A stretch of DNA of 63,921 nucleotides, filler included, from Reclinomonas americana ATCC 50394 (lineage: Eukaryota), in the NCBI GenBank assembly GCA_048213135.1. It is 16 parts of 16 records of this genome, joined end to end, with 100 filler letters (N's around TTAATTAATTAA, not from the genome) between each part and the next. Parts side by side here need not be neighbours in the genome. Positions count along the whole stretch, not along the records: positions 42,316 to 49,792 come from AFZH01019620.1; positions 49,893 to 51,750 come from AFZH01019621.1; positions 51,851 to 53,863 come from AFZH01019622.1; positions 53,964 to 55,068 come from AFZH01019623.1; positions 55,169 to 59,391 come from AFZH01019624.1; positions 59,492 to 61,572 come from AFZH01019626.1; 10 more parts are not named here. One strand, written 5' to 3'. Shown one piece after another: positions 48,994-59,623 of the stretch. The translations under genes and the position numbers were made by a program. The notes under the pieces were generated by a model that worked only from the letters and a program-made list of their open reading frames with translations, did not search any database and was not told where the DNA came from. Every line of letters begins with the position of its first letter. Within the stretch, counting starts at the first letter, position 1.

Positions 48994-49792
48994 GCACACA
49001 TGCACTCACAGGTCAAGTGCGTGGCCGTGGTGCAACTGGTGCACTGCGGCTTTGCGCGAGCTGAATGGTCAGAGCCACTACTCGGCTTCCTCCTGCTCTC
49101 CTTCGACACCGACCTTGGCGCGCTGTATTTCGAGCTGTTTGATGTGGAGGTGTGCTCGAGCGTGCATGTGGATAATCACAATTTATTTCGCGCTCATTCC
49201 GCGTCTCCACTGCGCAGACCTTGTCATCGTGCTTTCGACAGGAGATCTATGTGGATATGGAGCTGGTGCCGCGACAGCGATGGTTCCACACGTTGGAGGG
49301 CGAGAATGGAGTGTATGGCATCAACTACTGCTCGGGCGACGATGGCGATCAGTTCCTCGAGAAATTCGCCTATCATGCACCCTCGTCGGATATGTGCTGC
49401 TGGACGTTCCGCATGAGACGTTGCGGCATCATGCACGCGAGGGTCGTGCAGACTTTCACGCTCACTCGTCTCTCTCTCTCTCTCTCTCTCTCTCACGGTA
49501 CACAGATCGTATCCGCATGCGCAAGCTGAAGCGCTTCTGCTGCTGCGGTGACAACGACTCGCCTCTGTCCATTCCTGGTGTGGCCACGGAGATGCAAATC
49601 GGGCAGGCGGTGGCTGCGCAGTTGCGAGAGGAGGAGGAGAGGGAGGCGCGTCGTGCGCAACGGGAGGCGGCGCTGGCGGTGCCTGGCGGGGGACAACGTC
49701 GTGCTCCGTCGCCGAGGAGGTCGATGGACAGGAGGTCGATGGAGCAGTTGCCTGCCGGCGGTGCGTTCGCTTTCTTCTCCCCACCTTCATTC
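48856..49792 (+). CDS. WH1/EVH1-domain protein (WASP-like N-terminus), spliced, 3' partial
   Basis: AVVQLV..EW..GFLLLSFD..LYFELFD..QEIY..WFHTLEGENGVYGINY..F fits the WH1 pattern. Confidence 0.75.
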
Positions 49793-49892
49793 NNNNNNNN
49801 NNNNNNNNNNNNNNNNNNNNNNNNNNNNNNNNNNNNTTAATTAATTAANNNNNNNNNNNNNNNNNNNNNNNNNNNNNNNNNNNNNNNNNNNN

Positions 49893-51750
49893 GTGTTCGG
49901 CAAGGCCGATGGTGGCGGTTGCTGGAGGAGGCGCGTCAGCGTGGCTGAGTCCAGCAGCACACCGCTTGGGTGCGACCGCAGCTGCTCCACAACACGCTCC
50001 GCGTCGCGATCGCCACGGCGTGTGCGGAGGACACGGAGCAGTTGCTGCTGCTCCGCAAGGTCTCGTGTCGACTCGATGGCTCGAATAATGTCACGGACAC
50101 TGGCGTGGAAGTGCGGCAGCACCATGGCCTGCAACTGAAGCACACGTTCGCTGAACTCGGCAAACATGGCCACCGCCTCCTTGTCCTGATCGCCGACAAA
50201 CATGAAAGCCAGCGTCTCGTGCAAGATGGAGAAGGCCATGCTCAGCTGTCGCATCTCCAACTGCTTGACGCGCGGCTCGTAGATGATGTCCTCCACAGAC
50301 TACGTGTGTGGGGAGGGAGAGCAGTTGAGTATCGCTCGTAAGAGTGAGAAGAGCGAGGAACACAGGCACCGACCTTGAAGAGACTGTTCCACAGATATCT
50401 CAAGAACTGAATGAATGTGTTGCCGTAGCACTGTTCGCACATGATGGTCTGCGCGAGCGTGGGAGTGAGCCACGATGCGATATTTGTCATCGAGCAGTGT
50501 CATGATGCACGTACCCATTGACTCTCGATGTAGTCAAACACCGGTTGCAGCGTGGCCGAAATGGTGGACGAGTTGGACACTGCACCAACGATCAGCGACG
50601 CAGGGTTTCACACACTCAGGCAGGCACCCAAGTCAAGAGACGCAACTCTTGGCCGCCGAGCGGAACGTCAGCAGGCTCCACACCTTGCCGGCCACCGAGC
50701 GCACAAACTTTTCCTGTGCGCTGTATTCGACGCCGATGACGCTGTGAAGTGCCGGACGCAGCAGCTCGTGCATGCGGTCGCAGATGGCCTGATACATGGA
50801 GGCACCGGTCCTTCGCAATGAGTTGCCGCACTGCTTGACCAGCGCCTCCACATCCGGTTCCTCGCACAAGTCAAAGTGGTCCTTGAAGAAGAACTCTTGC
50901 AGTTTGAGCTGGGTGGCCTCGATGTTGTTCAGCATGACGCACATGCGCCCGTTGACGACCTCGGCCGTCGTCAAGGACGGATTGCTGAGGTTGCGTTGCG
51001 CTCGTTCCACCGCCTTGACGGCGTCACGCTGCAACTGCTGCATCTGCTCGCAAAAGAGCTCCTCGATCTGACTCGTGTAACGGGTGACGTTGCAGCAAAT
51101 GGCGTTGACGATGGTGAAACGGAGGCCAATCATGTTGGCGTCGTCGGGGTCGATGAGCTCGTTGACCTTTTGGATGGTGGCCTCGCTGAACGAGAAAATG
51201 TGCACCACCGAGCTCGAGTGCAACACACTGGGCGACGACAGCGGCACCCAGTCTTCCGCAGCCACCGCGCGCTCCACACACGTCTCCAGCAGTCGAATGG
51301 CATACATGGCCCACACGTCAATGTACGGCTTGAACACCACGCCGAGCGGAATAAAGTTGACTCTGCCACGCCGTGTGAGTGCAAATGCAGCACAAGTAGC
51401 AACAGCGCGTCGCCTCTACGCAACTTTTCACCGAGGAGCGGACCCCAGTTGCGGTGCAGCCGATGCATCACGGTGTACAGCATGATAAAGGTCGGGTCGT
51501 AGGTGTCGGGTGTCAGCGTCGGTGGAATCGACCGCAGGATCTCAAACGCCAGCGTGCGGTAGTAGATCTCCGAGGTGATGTCCTCCAGCGGCTCCGACAG
51601 TGTAAAATCATAGGTGAAGCAGTTGATGTCGGTCTCCACTGCTTTCTGTGCACCGAGAGCGAGGGCGCACAGCTGATGGCCAGTGTACAACGCTCCGTGA
51701 TCGTCAGTGGGGACGATAACCGCCGCAGCAGTACCAGCGGAGCCGGCCGC
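49893..51750 (-). CDS. Munc13-homology (MUN) domain protein fragment, spliced
   Basis: FKPYIDVW..CVERAVAAEDWVP..LHSSSVVHIF and MCVMLNNIE are MHD1-like. FLRYLWNSL is MHD2-like. Confidence 0.78.
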
Positions 51751-51850
51751 NNNNNNNNNNNNNNNNNNNNNNNNNNNNNNNNNNNNNNNNNNNNTTAATT
51801 AATTAANNNNNNNNNNNNNNNNNNNNNNNNNNNNNNNNNNNNNNNNNNNN

Positions 51851-53863
51851 CTGCCTGCTGCAGCACGGCGCGTGTCAACACCTTTTGCAGCCGTTCGGCC
51901 TCGCCCAGCTCCGACAGCAGCATGTCAGAGTTGCGGACGTCTAGTCGTTCAAAGGCCAACTGCAACGAGATGGTGCCACTGCGGTGCCACACAGAGGAGG
52001 TGATCAGAGAGAATGGCAAAGGCAATGGCGGTGACGGTGACGGTGCACGCAACTGAATCTTGGCTGTGGAGTTTGGTCTGCCTTGGAGTGCAAATGTGTC
52101 GTCCACGCAGCCACCGTACTCGCTCTGCATGTTCTCAATCTCGGCGAGCTGCGATCGACACCAAACCGACTGTCATCAGCACACGAATGCACGAGGAGAC
52201 AACAGCGCAGTGTCGAACCGTGAACGAGACTTGGCCCTCGAACTCGCGCATCAGAAAACGATCCCAGTCCCACACTTCAATCAGCACCGGCTCGTCTGCG
52301 CTAAACACTCGTCGGCATTTGCTGCTCACAGGCACAATGGTGAGAAGGCGGGCCGACGATTGAATCGCACGCACATGAAATCAACTCACAGAATGAACTC
52401 CTCGCCCCACACGGGGTCGAGGTTGTTCCTGACCACGGCTGTCTTGACGGTCTCGTCACCGACGGTGATGGTCACGTAGGGGTTCGACTTGCGGCTTATG
52501 AGGCCCTTGGGGACGAGATTGGCTGCGCTTGACACTGCGTCACACACAGAAACAGTGTTTGAGTGAACGAAGTGTGGGATAATCGGAACAACAGCGACAC
52601 GCACCCTTGACGTACAGACGGCCGATGGCTCCACCAGTCTGCATGAGTTGCGCATGTCAGCAAAAGCTCAACCAGAGTCACCAATGCTGTGTGTGAGAGT
52701 GGATCGACGCAACACTCTCGTGCTGAAACTGGGTCTTCACAAAGTCGGTGTAGCCGCGGTACTCCTCCTCTTGCAGCGGCTTCATTCGCCACAACTCCTC
52801 CTCCGACTGACGATAGCGAGAGAATGATGAGTGAGCGCGAAGCGTAGTGGCACGAGCAACTCGCGCACACGCAACTCTAAATCGCGACGTGTACACTGGT
52901 TTTTGTGAAATGATTTGTTCCAAGTTGATGGCCAGCTGGATCATCAAGTGCTGTGCCCCACCACAATATATGAGACAACGGCACATTACCGGCATTATTG
53001 TGAATGGCGCAGCAACGCAACATCAGGATTGGCACACGTGCGTGCCGTCATGCGCAAGGAGCGCGCCTGTCGGTCCTCCAATCGCAAGGCGTGTCTGCGA
53101 CACTCATAATGAGAACCATTCTACACGCACGCTACCAAGCACGCGCACAAACCTCAGCAGAAGATCGATCAGGATCACGCGCCCCGAGTTCAGAACGACC
53201 TCGTCGGGTGCCTTGTCCTTGTCTTTCACGATTGCGCGCTTGAGAATGGTCGTGAATTCCTGGCACACGTACGCCTCGACGGCTTCCGCCACTGCTCCAC
53301 AGCAGGCATGTGAGATGAGAAGAGGCGTCCCCCCTTGTGCCAGAATATACACATGGCTGGCTACGCAACTCTCGCCCTCGATGTTGCAAAAGTTGAGCGC
53401 ACTCTGCTGGCACTCGGTGAATCGGCGCAAAATCGCTTCGATGCTCGGCGGATCAGGCTTCCGGAACACTGTGCAATAGCCGTGAGGTGCACTCTCAAGA
53501 GCGAGAGAGAGGACGTGAATGCGCACCCAAATGCCGCAAAAGGCGCTTGCCGCTGTTAAACATAATATCGAGCAGAATGAACTCGGAGATCTCCAACTGC
53601 CGTGGACCGAGTTTCTCCATCACACCGCCCGTCTCCTCGAGAATGGGAGACAGGAGACGGCTTTCGAACTGATCCAAGCGGAGAGCGAGAAGGTACTTGA
53701 AAGCGTCGAGCTCTGCAAACACACTCACAATGAGCCAACTGGCCGACTGTGCACAATTCACACAATCAGGAACCGTTCTGCGCCAGCACTTGCGTTGGAT
53801 TGAGGCGGGTGGGAATGACGAGTGCCAGCGTGTCAACCACAGTGTCGACCACCTTTCCAGTGG
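51851..53863 (-). CDS. C2-domain protein fragment, spliced
   Basis: AANLVPKGLISRKSNPYVTITVGDETVKTAVVRNNLDPVWGEEF..LIEVWDWD..FEGQV, preceded by helical exons. Confidence 0.82.
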
Positions 53864-54006
53864 NNNNNNNNNNNNNNNNNNNNNNNNNNNNNNNNNNNNN
53901 NNNNNNNTTAATTAATTAANNNNNNNNNNNNNNNNNNNNNNNNNNNNNNNNNNNNNNNNNNNNGGCCAGCGTCGGGACTGATCCCGGCGCCGTTGATCGG
54001 CCAGGA

Positions 54007-54705
54007 TCAGGGCCTGGCCATCCAGACGGGCGACCAGCCGCGATGGCGCGCCGCCAGCGTGCCGCAATAGCCGGGCGCCGGCTCCAGATCGGCGAGCTGC
54101 CAGAGCTCGGCCTCGGCCGGGTCGGATTCCACCGTGAGAAGCCGCGCCCTGAACGGATCGAGCGAGACTTCGAAGCTCGCTGGCGAGCCGTTGAGGCCGA
54201 CGCCGATCGCCTTCAGGCAGGCTTCCTTGCGTGTCCAGCAGCGGATGAAGGATTCCTCACGCAGCTCGGGCGTCAGGGCCGCGAGCATGGCGAACTCGCG
54301 CGGCGCCAGGCAGCTGGCCAGCAGGTCGGCTGAGACCGGCCTGATGCGCTCGATATCGACACCGATCGGCATGTCCTGTGCGACGGCGACGATCGCGAGC
54401 TCGCCGGAATGGCTGAGATTGAAGGCGACTGGCCGCCCGCGATATTCGTTGGCGAGAAACGGCTTGCCGAACGCCGTCTCGCCGAAGCGGAGCTGCGGCG
54501 GAGCGACCGGGATGTAGAGGGCCAGGACGCGCCGCAGCCAGTTCCGGGCGACGATGAAGGCGACCCGCGCCTTCGTGTCATGGAAGCGGTCGGCGCGGGC
54601 GCGCTCCTCATCCGAGAGGATCGCGCGCCGCTCGGCCGCTACCGTTGCATGCAGATCGACGCGACAGCACCAAAGGTGCACCTGGGAAGACGGCAAAGGC
54701 ATCAT
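54007..54705 (-). CDS. 4'-phosphopantetheinyl transferase (Sfp/HetI type)
   Basis: LSDEERARADRF, GKPFL, FNLSHSG, IGVDIE, WTRKEACLKAIGVGL. Confidence 0.95.
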   Translation of the reverse strand: MMPLPSSQVHLWCCRVDLHATVAAERRAILSDEERARADRFHDTKARVAFIVARNWLRRVLALYIPVAPPQLRFGETAFGKPFLANEYRGRPVAFNLSHSGELAIVAVAQDMPIGVDIERIRPVSADLLASCLAPREFAMLAALTPELREESFIRCWTRKEACLKAIGVGLNGSPASFEVSLDPFRARLLTVESDPAEAELWQLADLEPAPGYCGTLAARHRGWSPVWMARP

Positions 54706-55068
54706 GGTGCGGGTGCCGTTGTCATGCGGCCCCCGAGCGGCGCGGCCGGTGCGCTCGCCAGCAGGCCCGGAACCCGCAGGGCAAGCATCACCAGGACGAC
54801 GAGGGCAGCGAGTTCGGAGAGGAGGGTCACCGCGATCAGCCCGGCCACGCCGAAGGCCGTCGCGGCCGGATAGACCGCCAGCAGGTTGAAGCAGCCTCCG
54901 ACGAGCGAGGCGACGAAGACCGGCCGCGTGCGCTCCAGCGCCCGAAAGGCGCAGCCGAGGACCAGGCTCGTCAGTGCCATCGGAAAAGCGAAGGCGTACC
55001 AGATGATCACCCAGTCGAATTCGAGGATCTCGCCGCCATAGAGCCGGTGCAGCAGCCAGGGGCCGAAC
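54702..55068 (-). CDS. Polysaccharide flippase (Wzx-like), C-terminal part
   Basis: Hydrophobic helices with FRALERTRPVF and FGVAG. Its stop overlaps the PPTase start (ATGA). Confidence 0.75.
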
Positions 55069-55168
55069 NNNNNNNNNNNNNNNNNNNNNNNNNNNNNNNN
55101 NNNNNNNNNNNNTTAATTAATTAANNNNNNNNNNNNNNNNNNNNNNNNNNNNNNNNNNNNNNNNNNNN

Positions 55169-55513
55169 TAGGCCTCGGCCTCAGCCCCTCTCCTTCGTGC
55201 CGATGCTCATCATCGGGCTGACGATCAGGCCGAGCTGCAGGCTCATCGCGAGATAGAGCGCGAGCCAGACCATGGTGTAGATTCCGAAGGCTTCGAGCCC
55301 GAGCGCGCGGGCGAGCAGGATGGTCGTCAGGAAATTGCAGGCGCTCGACAGGACCTGGTCGGTGAATGACAGCGCCGGATCGCGCATGGCGAGGAGCCGC
55401 GCCCGCATGGTCTCGGATAGCTTCCCGGGCCTGCGCTGATCCGCGACGGCATGGCCCGGCTCGCGCCGCGCCCGACCGAAATACCCACCCATCTTGCCCG
55501 CGCTGAACGTCAT
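55169..55513 (-). CDS. Polysaccharide flippase (Wzx-like), N-terminal part
   Basis: DQVLSSACNFLTTILLARALGLEAFGIY is a typical PST/Wzx N-terminus. The start codon is uncertain. Confidence 0.85.
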
Positions 55514-55648
55514 CGGGTCTCCACCGACGATTACCCGGCCGCATCTTCTCGGGTGAAGTCTAGCGTCGCCCTGTTCTTGACGGCGCTGGGCATAGGGACT
55601 GCCTAGAAGGAAGGTAGGCGGGCCGCCTCGCCGGCCTGGCTACCTCGG

Positions 55649-58627
55649 ATGCCCAACCCGCTTCGGACCGGCCGGAGGTTACGTTTCTCTCGGGACGGCA
55701 GTCGCCACGCAGAGCGAGGGTGGACAGTGAAGGGAGTGCCACGAACACCGGAGCGCGCGGCAGACCGGCGAGCGACGGATCGCTATCTGCCGATCCTGGC
55801 GCTCGGCTTTGCCGGCTATGTCGTCTTGGGCAAGAGCTTCGCCTATCTCGGCGTGCCGCCGCTCTTTGTCGGCGAGATGCTGTTTGCGCTCGGCCTCCTC
55901 GCGTTCCTCGCTTCGGGCTGCTCCACAGCACTGCTCACCACCGTGCCGGCGCTCTGCGCGGCCCTGCTGATGGGCTGGGTCCTGCTGCGGACGCTGCAAG
56001 GCATCGGCCCCTACGGTGTCGACGCGCTGCGCGACGGGGCCGTCGCGCTCTATGGTGGCTTCGCCTTCATCGTCGCGGCCCTGCTCGTGGAGCGCCCGAT
56101 CCGCATCGCCCAGATCATGGGCTATTTCCGGATTCATGCGCGAGTGCTGATCCCGATCGCGATCGTCCTCTATTTGATCGCGCGCTTCTTCTTTGCCTCG
56201 ATCCCGAAGATGCCCGGCCAGAATGTCGAGATCATCTCGGTGCGCTCCGGCGAACTCGCCGCGCATCTGTGCGGCGCGCTCGTGCTCGTCCTGGTCGGTC
56301 TGTGCAAGGTCAGCCGAAGTTGGCTCGTCGTCGCGCTCGGCGCAGCCCTGCTCATCGCCAGCCAGAGCCGCGGCGGCATGCTGGCCCTGCTGCTCCCCCT
56401 GGTTCTGGCCATGATCCTGACCGGCCAGATTGGCCGCCTCGCCACCATCACCGCCGCCCTCACGGTCGTGATGCTCCTGGCCGCCGCCGCCGATCTCGAG
56501 ATCGACCTGCCGCGTGGCGAGCGGCCGATCAGCGCGGCCGCCGTGGTCGAGAATCTCGCCAGCGTCGCCGGGTCGAGCGAGGCCAACAATCTCGACGGAA
56601 CCAAGCAATGGCGGCTGGGCTGGTGGCAGGCAATCCGCAACTACACCGTCCACGGCCCCTATTTCTGGACTGGCAAGGGCTTCGGCATGAACCTGGCCGA
56701 GGCGGACGGCTTCGTCGTCGGTCTCGAACGGGGCGGACCGACCGTGCGCAGCCCCCATAGCGTGCACATGACCTACCTCGCCCGGAGCGGCGTGCCCGGC
56801 CTGACCCTCTGGCTCCTCACCATCGGCAGTTGGGCGCTCGCGCTGCTGCGGGCCGCCCATCTCGCCTGGCGCCGCGGCGATCTCGACTGGGCGCGCTATT
56901 TCGTCTTCCTGGTCTGCTACCTCGCCTCGATCGTCATCGACGCCTCCTTCGACGTCGCGCTCGAAGGGCCAATGCTCGGCATCCCCTTCTGGATCCTGTT
57001 CGGGATCGGCTTCGGCTCGCTAATGGTCTATCGCGCCTGGCATGTCGTCGAGCCGCCCGTCCGGTTCGGCCCTGCGGCGCGCAAGGGAGCCCAGATCGCT
57101 GGCGCAATCCTCCTTGGCGCAGTGACACTGCTCGGCAGCCCTCACTCCAAGGCGGCCGAAAGCCCCGCCTGCCCGCCCGATGCCATTCCGGTGCCGGTCG
57201 GCGTGCCCATCCAGCCCCTCGTCGACAAGGCCCCACAGGGAGCGGCCTTCTGCATCGCGGCCGGCCTCCATCGCGCCCAGATGATCGTCCCCAAGGATCG
57301 GCAAACCTTCATCGGCCAGCCCGGCGCCGTCCTGAACGGCGCCGAACTGATCACCGATATCAGCCGAAAGGACGCCTTCTGGGTGACGGCCATGCCTCAG
57401 TTCGGGATCAAGCCGTTCGGATCCTGCCTGGCCCAGCGGGCGCGCTGCAACGAGCCGCGCCGCTTCTTTCTCGATGGCCAGCCGCTGGAACCGGTATCGG
57501 ACCGTGCCGAGCTGCAGCCGGGGCGCGTCTACTCGGATGCTGCGACGGGGCTGAGCTATTTCGCGGATGATCCGCGCGGCCGAACCCTGGAGCGGACGCG
57601 CGTACTCTATGCCTTCAACAATCGAGGCGCCCGGGGCGTCACAGTCAAAGGCCTGATCGTCGAGAAATATGCGACGCCGGCCCAGCAAGGCGCGATCTTC
57701 GGCGACGAGAATGCCCGCGCCACCGACTGGCTGATCGAGGACAACGAGGTCCGCTTCAACAGCGGCGCAGGCATCGCGACCGGCGACAGGAGCATGGTCC
57801 GCCGCAATAGGGTCCACCACAACGGGCAGCTGGGGATCTCGCCGAACGGCAGCGACGTGGTGATCGAGGACAACGAGATCTACGAGAACAACATCTACGG
57901 CTTCGACGCCGCCTGGGAGGCCGGCGGTGTCAAGGCGGGCAAGGTCGAGCGCCTGACGCTGCGCGGCAACCATGTGCACGACAACTATGGCTCGGGGCTC
58001 TGGTGCGATGTCGATTGCCGCAACGTCTTGTTCGAGAACAATCTCGTCGAACGCAATGCGGACGCCGGCATCTTCTACGAGATCAGCTTCGACGCCGTCA
58101 TTCGCAACAATACGGTGCGCCTGAACGGGACCGGACGCGGCGGCCAACAGGGCAGCGCCTGGATCTGGGGCGCCGGCATCCAGATCGCGGCATCCGAAGG
58201 CGTGAGCGTCTACGGCAATACGGTCACCGTAGCCTCCGGAGGGACCGGGATCATCATCGTCGATCAGGGCCGCGAACGGCTCGATCAACCGAAGCGGAAG
58301 GACGGCCAGAAGAAGCTGTTCTACCTGACGGCGCGCAACTCCGTGCACGACAACGAAGTCGTCTACGACGGAAATTCCGGCCTCTCCGGCGGAGCGAGCG
58401 ACGTTCCTGCTTCCAATCCGAACTTCGGGATCATCGAAACCGGCGAAAACCGTTTCGACCGCAACACCTATGTGCTGCGTGGACCGGCCGATGCCCCGCT
58501 CTTCATCTGGGGCGGAGAGCCGGTCTCCTATGAACGCTTCCGCGATCTCGGCCAGGAGGCGAACGGCCGGATCATCCGGGCCGATCAGGGGCAGCCTGCC
58601 CAGAACGGCTTAGTCCAGAAGCCCTAG
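55649..58627 (+). CDS. O-antigen ligase/Wzy-like membrane protein fused to a right-handed parallel beta-helix domain (true start possibly a GTG near 55727)
   Basis: Multi-TM N-half with SQSRGG, GKGFG and RSPHSVHMTYLARSGVPGL. C-half has Asn-ladder repeats (IEDNEVRFN, RRNRVHHNGQLG, RGNHVHDNYGSGLW, FENNLVERNADAGIFYEIS). Confidence 0.9.
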   Translation: MPNPLRTGRRLRFSRDGSRHAERGWTVKGVPRTPERAADRRATDRYLPILALGFAGYVVLGKSFAYLGVPPLFVGEMLFALGLLAFLASGCSTALLTTVPALCAALLMGWVLLRTLQGIGPYGVDALRDGAVALYGGFAFIVAALLVERPIRIAQIMGYFRIHARVLIPIAIVLYLIARFFFASIPKMPGQNVEIISVRSGELAAHLCGALVLVLVGLCKVSRSWLVVALGAALLIASQSRGGMLALLLPLVLAMILTGQIGRLATITAALTVVMLLAAAADLEIDLPRGERPISAAAVVENLASVAGSSEANNLDGTKQWRLGWWQAIRNYTVHGPYFWTGKGFGMNLAEADGFVVGLERGGPTVRSPHSVHMTYLARSGVPGLTLWLLTIGSWALALLRAAHLAWRRGDLDWARYFVFLVCYLASIVIDASFDVALEGPMLGIPFWILFGIGFGSLMVYRAWHVVEPPVRFGPAARKGAQIAGAILLGAVTLLGSPHSKAAESPACPPDAIPVPVGVPIQPLVDKAPQGAAFCIAAGLHRAQMIVPKDRQTFIGQPGAVLNGAELITDISRKDAFWVTAMPQFGIKPFGSCLAQRARCNEPRRFFLDGQPLEPVSDRAELQPGRVYSDAATGLSYFADDPRGRTLERTRVLYAFNNRGARGVTVKGLIVEKYATPAQQGAIFGDENARATDWLIEDNEVRFNSGAGIATGDRSMVRRNRVHHNGQLGISPNGSDVVIEDNEIYENNIYGFDAAWEAGGVKAGKVERLTLRGNHVHDNYGSGLWCDVDCRNVLFENNLVERNADAGIFYEISFDAVIRNNTVRLNGTGRGGQQGSAWIWGAGIQIAASEGVSVYGNTVTVASGGTGIIIVDQGRERLDQPKRKDGQKKLFYLTARNSVHDNEVVYDGNSGLSGGASDVPASNPNFGIIETGENRFDRNTYVLRGPADAPLFIWGGEPVSYERFRDLGQEANGRIIRADQGQPAQNGLVQKP

Positions 58628-58662
58628 CGCTCAGTCGTCGGACCGGGCTGCCGACTGAGCGC
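58627..58662. other. Intergenic inverted repeat (stem-loop)
   Basis: GCGCTCAGTCG..CGACTGAGCGC forms an 11-bp perfect stem directly after the stop codon. There is no U-tract. Confidence 0.6.
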
Positions 58663-58716
58663 CCAACGCTAGGATCGTGCTCGGGAACCGATGGATCATC
58701 GCGAGGCGAAGAGCTC

Positions 58717-59373
58717 ATGAACATGATTCCGCGCTCGTTCCGCCGCTCGCAGTTCCGCGAGGAACGCTTCAAGGCCTATGTCCGGCCGATCATCGATGCC
58801 GTGATCGCAGCGCGGGGATCGTGCCGCATCCTCGATCTGGGCGGAGACGCCGATTACTGGCAGTTCGACCTGCCGGCCTCGGGGGTGGAGATCTGGCTCC
58901 TGAACATCGAGGCCAGGCCGCCCTCGCCCGATCCGCGCTTCCATGTCGTCCAGGGCGACGCGCGCGACGTCAATGCGTTCGGCGACGGGAGCTTCGACTT
59001 CGTCCACTCCAATTCGCTGATCGAGCATGTCGGGCGCTGGGCCGACATGAAGCGCGTCGCAGCAGAGATCAGGCGGCTGGCCCCAGCCTATTACGTGCAG
59101 ACGCCGAACTTCTGGTTTCCGCTCGATCCACACAGCAATGCGCCGATCATGCACTGGCTGCCGCAGCCGCTGCAGCGGCGGATGGTGTCGAGCAAGGCCC
59201 GCGGCTTCTATGCGAAGGCAGCCTCGCTCGACCAGGCCATGCAGATCGTCGAAGGCACCACCATGCTCGACCGCGCCCAGCTCGCCGAACTCTTTCCAGA
59301 CGCGGAGATCTTGACCGAGACCGTCCTGTTTCTGCCGAAGTCGCTGATCGCCATCAGGGCACCCAAGACGTGA
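58717..59373 (+). CDS. Class I SAM-dependent methyltransferase
   Basis: ILDLGG, VQGDAR, SFDFVHSNSLIEHVG, YYVQTPNFWFPLDPH. Confidence 0.9.
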   Translation: MNMIPRSFRRSQFREERFKAYVRPIIDAVIAARGSCRILDLGGDADYWQFDLPASGVEIWLLNIEARPPSPDPRFHVVQGDARDVNAFGDGSFDFVHSNSLIEHVGRWADMKRVAAEIRRLAPAYYVQTPNFWFPLDPHSNAPIMHWLPQPLQRRMVSSKARGFYAKAASLDQAMQIVEGTTMLDRAQLAELFPDAEILTETVLFLPKSLIAIRAPKT

Positions 59374-59623
59374 GAGAAACGCAAAGCGCGCNNNNNNNNN
59401 NNNNNNNNNNNNNNNNNNNNNNNNNNNNNNNNNNNTTAATTAATTAANNNNNNNNNNNNNNNNNNNNNNNNNNNNNNNNNNNNNNNNNNNNCCTAGTCGC
59501 TGCCTGCTTCATCTCGGAATTTCTCAACAGCACAACGGAATACCTCCGCTGATGCGGCCGGGGCGATATGCGCCTCGTCGCTTCCGCTACCCTAGTTTTG
59601 TGTCGAGTAAGAGGGAAGTACCG

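Noticed and set aside
55679..58348. Long minus-strand ORFs (393 aa and 442 aa) as overlapping genes
   Set aside because: Typical GC-rich antisense shadows of the 992-aa gene, with no recognisable motifs.
58627..58662. Rho-independent terminator
   Set aside because: A stem is present but has no U-tract, and the next gene is co-oriented 90 bp away. Kept only as a stem-loop.
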